From contig CBDAOB010000004.1 of the NCBI GenBank assembly GCA_965197905.1, positions 2,089,175-2,153,174 on the forward strand: a DNA stretch of 64,000 nucleotides, in the 5' to 3' direction. The notes under the pieces are model-generated. The model was not told the DNA's origin and ran no database searches. It was given only the letters and a program-made list of their open reading frames with translations. Every line of letters starts with the position of its first letter. The stretch's first letter is position 1. The translations under genes were made by a program, and so were the position numbers. The DNA comes from Candidatus Latescibacterota bacterium (GTDB taxonomy: Bacteria; Latescibacterota; UBA2968; UBA8231). Shown piece after piece: positions 57,993-64,000 of the stretch.

Positions 57993-58253
57993 GTGAAGAA
58001 TAGGACCTGCTCCTACGTCTATGAGTCTGGAGCGGAGTGTGGCCGCCGGCATCTTGCCCGCGGCTATTGCGAATTGCACTACCAGCGCTGGTTGCGCGGT
58101 TCCAGCATGGAGGCCGCCATCGAGGCGCACGTCCACCACACCGGGTGCAGATATTGCGCCAGGAAGCACCACGCCAACGGCCTCTGCAAGATCCATTACA
58201 CCCGCGCACGGAGAGGCGGGAAGACTATGGACCGCCCTATCCAGAGACGGTGA
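57993..58253 (+). CDS. Phage-type small protein with two C-C-C-H zinc-binding repeats (like HNH endonuclease N-termini)
   Basis: AGGAGG SD; C..ECGRRHLARGYCELHYQRW and CRYCARKHHANGLCKIHYTR. Confidence 0.6.
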   Translation: MKNRTCSYVYESGAECGRRHLARGYCELHYQRWLRGSSMEAAIEAHVHHTGCRYCARKHHANGLCKIHYTRARRGGKTMDRPIQRR

Positions 58254-58264
58254 AGGACGAAGAA

Positions 58265-58390
58265 ATGAGCGGACCGCCCTATGCGCTCCAACGCCTGGCG
58301 GCCATCAGCAACTTCTCCGGGGGCAGGTCGTCCGCGTTCATGCTCCACCACCTCCTCGAACACGACGACGGCCGCCTACATGCGAAGCGC
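58265..58390 (+). pseudogene. N-terminal fragment of a phage PAPS-reductase-like (PP-loop) protein
   Basis: SNFSGGRSSAFMLHHLLE motif; similarity lost after about 40 codons. Confidence 0.6.
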
Positions 58391-58819
58391 CCTTGGAGTC
58401 AAGCCACCTTGTGGCAGCGGCCTTGGCAGCTATTTCTTGTAATCAAGCGAGAGAAGCCGCCGCATGACAACCCGCGTGTCGGCTTTCCGCCGGTGGCGGA
58501 TGTTCTCGACTCCGAGCGTCCGATAGATCGCCTTCCCCCCGGAAATCCGGCACGTCCGCCCGCCGCCATTGACTAACGACCACTCGCTCTCCACCGCCGA
58601 TCTGCGCTCCACCAATGCCTTGACGAATCGAGACGCCGTGATCCGGGGCGCATCGAAGTAATGACAGAATTGAGCCCGGATAAAGACGCCGCTATGGAGA
58701 CAGACAAGCGCAATCCATTCCGCCCCCCAGGGGACGAGGAACGCGCAAGAACGCTGATATCGGCGCTGTGGAGCGTTCAGGGAAGGTTGTGGCCGAAGTC
58801 GCCGACGATCTCTCCGGCA

Positions 58820-59140
58820 AGGGGCGTACTCGCTTTTATCAAGCGCGCCATCGAACCTGACGTTTCGACGCTGGTCACGGACGAATACGGGGCCTACAAC
58901 GTGATGCGAAGAATCATGGATCACTGCGTGATTCAGCATTCTCAGCGCTATGTCGATGGCGAGCTCCACACCAACACGATAGAAGGCGTCTGGTCTCTGC
59001 TCAAGCGCGCCTGGTATGGCTCTCATCACCACTACACCAGGCGCTACACGCCGCTTTACGTGGCTGAAGCGTGCTAAAAGTACAACCACCGCAAGGACGA
59101 TAACGCCTTCGGCTCGTTTATCAGGGAGTGCTTTGTATAG
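58820..59140 (+). pseudogene. IS1595-family transposase C-terminal half with a premature stop (59075-59077)
   Basis: LVTDEYGAY, HSQRYVDGELHTNTIEGVWSLLKRAWYGSHHH, YVAEAC*KYNHRK. Confidence 0.85.
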
Positions 59141-59284
59141 TGCCGCTGCGGTTTGGGGAAGTGCCTGAGATACTACGACTTGACCGCATGTCGCGCATGG
59201 CAGTGATTCTCATCTGCGCGTGCGCTAGCGGTGTGTGGGCGCCCCGAAAGCCATTGAGGACGCGCTTGTCGAAGGGCAGCCGGT

Positions 59285-59458
59285 TCACAATCTCCCGAGC
59301 ATTCTCCTGTGCTTGCAAAAGATGCATAATTCCTGATACTTATGTGCCTGATCGTGCTCTTTGCCGCAGCCCGAGCACTTGAAGCCAAATTCATTTCCTT
59401 CATAGTAGACAATCCGTTTGCCGAAAGGGTCCACGTGAATTACCTTTCGTCTTGGCAT
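59285..59458 (-). CDS. Small zinc-ribbon protein (57 aa, CSGC...CIFC)
   Basis: GGAG SD before ATG 59458; two CxxC motifs. Confidence 0.5.
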   Translation of the reverse strand: MPRRKVIHVDPFGKRIVYYEGNEFGFKCSGCGKEHDQAHKYQELCIFCKHRRMLGRL

Positions 59459-59622
59459 GGGGTCTCCATGTCTTTGGCCCTGAAAGCTGCTGTAACAGCT
59501 TCGGGCCGGGTTTGCCGTCAAAAAGGGACGGCGCCTGATATTGGTGAAAACAGGGGCGGTATTCACCGCATCCTCTCAGGAACTTTCTGGTCGTCTGCCT
59601 TTCCAGTTCCTGCCTGATTATG

Positions 59623-59662
59623 GAAAACGGGCCTGCGAGCTACAACTCGCGGCCCGTTTTTC
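59623..59662. terminator. Long hairpin, probable bidirectional terminator
   Basis: AAAACGGGCC-t-GCGAG-ctacaa-CTCGC-GGCCCGTTTT. Confidence 0.6.
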
Positions 59663-60701
59663 AATGTACGATCAAGGGCTGAAAATGGCTACAGCCTGAA
59701 CCAACTCCCCCCTACCACCTGTCAGGCGGGCGAATGACCCGGCAGAAGGGCTGCTTGCTTGCGGCTGTCACCTTGGCGGCGGTGCGCGGCACGCTGTAGG
59801 GCTCGGCCTCACTCACGTCCACCTCGTAGCCCATATCGGCCATGGCCTGAATGGTGACCGAGGACATTGGCGAAACCTCATCGAACACTGAGGTCATGAG
59901 TTCTCCGTCCATGACGGACTTGCGCCAATGGCTGTCCCTGCCGTTGCCGTGATCGGGATCGTTTTCCAGCGGGACTCTATTTCCCCTATAGTAATTGCCC
60001 CCGGAGAGACTGAAGGCGGTTACGGCCTTGATGCCGCTGAAGTAGCTGTCGGGGGCCGGAAGATGAGCCGGGTGATCCTCTGAGGGGCTGTGGAGAAGAC
60101 CCCAATCCTCAAAGAGCCTGGGGATGGTAATTCTGCCAATAATAATTGCGCGCCTCGATAGCCCCGCCGCGGCCCAAGGCGTCATCGTCGCGGACCGGGC
60201 CGGCGACAAAGACCCGCACGTCGTCCACCACGTCGTCCACACGTATATCTCCATAGTGGGGGCGGTAATTGCTCCACTAGGCGTCCCACTCGCCAGTGAG
60301 ATCCCTGGTGTCGAAGGGGGAATGGATGTAAGAGTAATCGGGAATGTCGCCGGTGATGACACGCTCCCAACGCTCTGCCGCCTGGCGGAAGAGGTCTTTC
60401 TGGTGTTCGGTGTAGGAGCTTTGGGGGACGAACAGCAGCTCGATGTTGAAGCTCGTTTCCGCGTCCCCTCCGAGCTCGACGGCGTACCTGTTCAGCTCAT
60501 TGCCGTGTTCGTCTTCGAGGATGATGTCGACGGTCCCTTTCTGGGAGGCGAGCAGATATACGCTCCGGCTGTTGGAGGTCTCCCATTCATTGATATGGGT
60601 GTAGGTTCTGATTTACGTATTTGTGCATAAAAAGCGGGACCCCAATTCCAGGCACGAATGTACTTTGGGTGTAAGGACATACGCCCAAACCCGGAAGGAG
60701 G

Positions 60702-60982
60702 TCCCAGATGGAAAATACGCAGGATCTGAGCGCGTGTGTGACGAAATTGCAGGAGAATGTCCTGCAGTGGGAAAACCGGCTGCAATCCGAACAAGGAGGA
60801 CCGGCAGCGTTTCGCCTGGCGATGAACGAGCATGCGAGCTGCTCCCAGATGGAAAATACGCAGGATCTGAGCGCGTGTGTGACGAAATTGCAGGAGAATG
60901 TCCTGCAGTGGGAAAACCGGCTGCAATCCGAACAAGGAGGACCGGCAGCGTTTCGCCTGGCGATGAACGAGCTGCGAGCTGC
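60702..60982 (+). repeat. Tandem duplication (141/140 bp) of the transposase 5' end
   Basis: MENTQDLSAC...RLAMNE encoded twice; copies differ by one inserted A. Confidence 0.9.
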
Positions 60983-62279
60983 TTTTGATGAGATCGGTCG
61001 GACCGGTTTCCTGCGATTGGCGCACGCCTGTGAGGTCGCCTCCGACACGTTGGGTAACGACGGTCGGCTGTACCGCTTCAAGCAAATGGTCGACAAGGAG
61101 TGGATGAGTCTGTGGGGCAAGGTCGTAGTGCCACGTCGGCTGTATCAGGAAGACCATGGCGGACCGAGCCGGGTGCCGCTGGATGAGCGTTGCGGCATGG
61201 TGAATCGATTCATGGTGCCGGAGTTGGAGCGTGTGACGGCGTTTTTGGGCGCCCGGTTGGTCCCGGCCGAAGTCGAGGACAGCTTGGGTGAAGTGCTGCC
61301 GGAGCCGCCATCGCGTACGGCTATCCAGCACGTATTGACCACCGTCGGACAGTGTGCCGAGGACGGGGCCGAACAGCTCGAGCTGGCCTTGCAAGGCGCG
61401 GCGCCGCTGGACGCCGAGGGCGACACGCTCGTTGTGAGCTGGGACGGCGTCACCGTCCCCCTGCGAGAGCCAGCGCCCAAGCGCGGACGTCCGGCCGAGC
61501 GACCGATGGCCACGGCCACCGACACCACGCCCACCGCCTGGAAGGAGGCGGGTGTGGGCATGGTCGCCACCTACCTGACGCCGCTGGATCCAGAGGTCGA
61601 AGAGCCGGAACGAGTCGATGTGCGCTATGCCGCGCGTATGCCGGAAGCGAAGATGACGACCCTGGTCAACGGCCTGGTGGAGCAGACGGCCCGGGCGTTG
61701 CAGCAGGGTGGCTACGACCATCGTGTCGTTTTGGCCGACGGCAAACGAGAGATCTGGCGCATCGTCGACGAGCATGGTGTGTTCGAGGGTTTCACCCGCA
61801 TTCTGGACTTCTATCACGCGGCGCAGCATCTGTCGATGGCGGCGGAGCACCTTTTCGGCAAAAAGTCGGCGAAGGCGGATCGCTGGTATCGATCCTGGCG
61901 GCACAAACTGCGCCATACACCCAACGCCGTGGCGGGCTTGATCCGCTCTTTTTCCTACCACCGTCGCAAACTCCGAAGACGATCGGACCGTTATCGCCAG
62001 GCGACCACCGAAATGGGCTACTTTCGCAACAACCGGGACAAAATGGAATACGCTGGCTATCACGCCTCGGGCTTGATCATCTCCAGTGGCCCTGTGGAGG
62101 CCGCCGCCAAGACCATCGTCGGCCACCGACTCAAACGCAGCGGCATGCGATGGACCCGCCACGGAGGTCAGCAGATCCTCAACCTACGAGTCCAGGTGCA
62201 ATCGAAACGATGGGATGCTTTCTGGAACTGGTATCTCCAGCAGACCACACCCATAACAACCCTGAAAAGGGCAGCGTAA
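60708..62279 (+). CDS. ISKra4/UPF0236-type DDE transposase with duplicated N-terminus
   Basis: SWDG, LADG...IW, LDFYHA..HL, SG.VEAA.K....RLKRSGMRW. Confidence 0.88.
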   Translation: MENTQDLSACVTKLQENVLQWENRLQSEQGGPAAFRLAMNEHASCSQMENTQDLSACVTKLQENVLQWENRLQSEQGGPAAFRLAMNELRAAFDEIGRTGFLRLAHACEVASDTLGNDGRLYRFKQMVDKEWMSLWGKVVVPRRLYQEDHGGPSRVPLDERCGMVNRFMVPELERVTAFLGARLVPAEVEDSLGEVLPEPPSRTAIQHVLTTVGQCAEDGAEQLELALQGAAPLDAEGDTLVVSWDGVTVPLREPAPKRGRPAERPMATATDTTPTAWKEAGVGMVATYLTPLDPEVEEPERVDVRYAARMPEAKMTTLVNGLVEQTARALQQGGYDHRVVLADGKREIWRIVDEHGVFEGFTRILDFYHAAQHLSMAAEHLFGKKSAKADRWYRSWRHKLRHTPNAVAGLIRSFSYHRRKLRRRSDRYRQATTEMGYFRNNRDKMEYAGYHASGLIISSGPVEAAAKTIVGHRLKRSGMRWTRHGGQQILNLRVQVQSKRWDAFWNWYLQQTTPITTLKRAA

Positions 62280-62666
62280 AAACGAGGCTACACCCATTGA
62301 TATTGTCGTCGCATCCATAGAGGCTGGATCTGAATCCCCACACCTGAGTCTGGAGGGGTTGCCGGTGCGGACATTGACGCGGTCGCTGTAGCTGCCGGCA
62401 TACGCCGCCGCCGTGGACACGCTCAAGGTGAACGGACGCCAGGGTATCTCCGTCGGCAATGAAGGTCGTTTGCGTGGGATCGGGACTCAGAAAGGCTTGC
62501 AACAGGGGCATCTGCGGCGGCCATGGGCTCGCCGATGTGGTAGGTATTCGCTGGTTTCGGGTTCGTGTAGATCCAAGCGCCCAAGAGCGCCAGGTCGGTC
62601 AGTCGATGATGCTGTCCGAGTTGATGTCCGCCAGCTCGAAATCGTATGAGCTGTCCAGGGCGGGCC

Positions 62667-62988
62667 AGCCGACGAGGTGGTAGAGCAGCATCAGGTCCCA
62701 ATGATTAACCTCGCCTGTGCCATTGATGTCGCCGCGCATGTCGCCGCCGACGGCTTTCTTTTCGCTCGGCCCGTCAATCGCCTCCATCCGGGAGGACTCC
62801 AAAGGGGGCGTCCTGGGCGCCGGCGAGCCGACGAGGTGGTAGAGCAGCAGCATCAGGTCCCAATGATTAACCTCGCCGGTGCCATTGATGTCGCCGCGCA
62901 GGTCGCCGCCGACGGCTTTCTTTTCGCTCGGCCCGTCAGGCGCCTCCATCCGGGAGGACTCCAAAGGGGGCGGCCTGGGCGCCGGCGA
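62667..62988 (-). repeat. Tandem duplication (about 160 bp) of a linker plus dockerin half
   Basis: APR.PPLESSRMEA.DGPSEKKAVGGD.RGDINGTGEVNHWDLMLL(L)YHLVG occurs twice with a few substitutions. Confidence 0.88.
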
Positions 62989-63533
62989 CAGCACGTGGGT
63001 GGAAGATTGTGGGGTGAAGAGGAACGAGGTGTCGAGGTAGGTCTCGTGGGCGTCTCTCGCCAAAAGCCACCACGGAGCCTTGCCCGGGGCCACCTCGACT
63101 GAGAACCTGCCCTTTGCATCGGAGGTGGTTCGAGCTTCGAGGGTGAAGGATCCACGGTGCAAAAGAATGACGCTGGCAAAGGCCACGGGCTCGCCGTCTT
63201 TAGCCTGGATGCGCGCCTGGAAAGTGGGCGGACTGGCGGTGGTGGGTGGGGTGGTGTCCGGTTGACAGGACCAAATGACAAGCATTAGAATTACTGTTGA
63301 ATAGAGGTACATGCAGCCCCCCTTCTCTCTCTTTGCAGGGAATGGCAGGGGGCGAGGGCGGCGCGGGAGTTCACAGCTCCGGCGCCGCTTACATCACGCC
63401 CCAAGAAGTGGGAACAATGCGTTCATTCAGGGCGGCGAAGGCGCAGATTGTATGAGTAGCCAGCGCCCGGGCCAGAATTAAAAGAAGGCCGGGCGCTATC
63501 AACTCACGCAGATGTGTGCGGGAATCCCTGCGG

Positions 63534-63677
63534 ATGAGCGTCAAGCATCTTCACCGCTACATCGAGGAATTTGCCGGCCGGCACAATGTCCGCGACAAGG
63601 ACACCCTGCCACAGATGTCATTGCTGGCCGTTGGCCTGGTCGGGAAGCGCCTGAGATACGACGACTTGACCGCATAG
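63534..63677 (+). pseudogene. IS1595-family transposase extreme C-terminal fragment
   Basis: MSVKHLHRYIEEFAGRHNVRDKDTLPQM...GLVGKRLRYDDLTA*. Confidence 0.82.
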
Positions 63678-63743
63678 GGACACTTACTGAATTTTTGTCA
63701 GCCCAACTCTCAGATCCCCAGTAGAAGGGAATAATTTGGTAAA

Positions 63744-64000
63744 ATGAGAATTGAACCCGAAATCGCGGGTGTCACGGTTGTCATGTGTGGCCAGTTCAAT
63801 CCTGCGATTTTTACACCTGCGTGGTTCGGATGGCATGGGCTTCTTTCCGAAAAGCTGGTCGACAGCGCAGATCTGAAAATCAACCATCCTCAGATTGCAG
63901 AATTTAATGCGGATTGGCTCAATATGCACGTCGTTCTTCGCCGCTTTTTGATTGGCACGGACCAGTCACCCGTTGTTCGCCTGCGGGACCTAGCTATCCG
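63744..64000 (+). CDS. Hypothetical protein with a G-x-FNPAIF-x-P-x-WF motif (3' truncated by window edge)
   Basis: Open frame to the window end: MRIEPEIAGVTVVMCGQFNPAIFTPAWFGWHGLL...; purine-rich SD upstream; absent from the ORF track because there is no stop. Confidence 0.65.
   Translation, partial: MRIEPEIAGVTVVMCGQFNPAIFTPAWFGWHGLLSEKLVDSADLKINHPQIAEFNADWLNMHVVLRRFLIGTDQSPVVRLRDLAI

Larger units (their letters stand above)
60597..62295 (+). mobile_element. Insertion sequence of Mutator-like ISKra4/ISLre2 type (1699 bp)
   Basis: Imperfect TIRs GGGTGTAGgttctgatttacg / GGGTGTAGcctcgtttttacg; 8-bp target duplication ATTGATAT (60589-60596, 62296-62303). Confidence 0.88.
59712..63312 (-). pseudogene. 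Decayed lipoprotein with dockerin repeats and a leishmanolysin(M8)-like metalloprotease domain, interrupted by an IS at 60597-62295
   Basis: Lipobox-like IWSC; GDINGTGEVN..D and ADINSDSIID dockerin loops; FNIEL...AAERWERVITGD; VPLEND..DSHWRKSVMDGELMT...TIQAMADMGYEVD; several frameshifts and an in-frame TAG. Confidence 0.75.

Noticed and set aside
60492..62320. Long overlapping ORFs (556 aa minus, 322 aa plus)
   Set aside because: Shadow frames of the GC-rich transposase

Overview
Bacterial chromosomal window, probably from an FCB-group diderm such as Latescibacterota or a Gemmatimonadota relative. That assignment is inferred from a divergent 16S, a secreted FN3 protein with an FlgD/T9SS-like tail, and the lol-mcsAB-clpC-bamA-skp gene order. 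Bases 1-46623 are core genome: lolC/E-lolD-mcsA-mcsB-clpC-bamA-skp, a frameshifted giant FN3 protein, pyrB with a leader-peptide attenuator, a 38-aa basic protein, a GT-C glycosyltransferase, a HEAT protein, a 16S-tRNA(Ile)-23S-5S operon, an EF-G paralog, yebC-ruvCAB-tsaB-rimI-malK-like-holB-rsmA, ilvE, a peptide ABC transporter, lysA, carbamoyltransferase-SxtJ, tadA and two tRNA-Ser genes. An accessory island starts after tRNA-Ser(GGA). It holds a complete type I-C CRISPR-Cas locus (cas3-5-8c[11]-7-4-1-2; 29 repeats, 28 spacers) whose trailer end is fused to an IS1595 fragment. Beyond that lie phage-gene remnants, more IS1595 debris, and a decayed dockerin/leishmanolysin-like lipoprotein gene split by an ISKra4/ISLre2-type element with an 8-bp target duplication. 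The most interesting signal is a set of degenerate CRISPR repeats inside the cas operon: a solitary one between cas3 and cas5, and a repeat-spacer-repeat mini-array between cas7 and cas4 whose spacer contains the cas4 ribosome-binding site and start codon. They bracket the Cascade genes, which suggests Cas5c-mediated processing or autoregulation of the cas mRNA. Several frameshifts may be consensus errors rather than biology.
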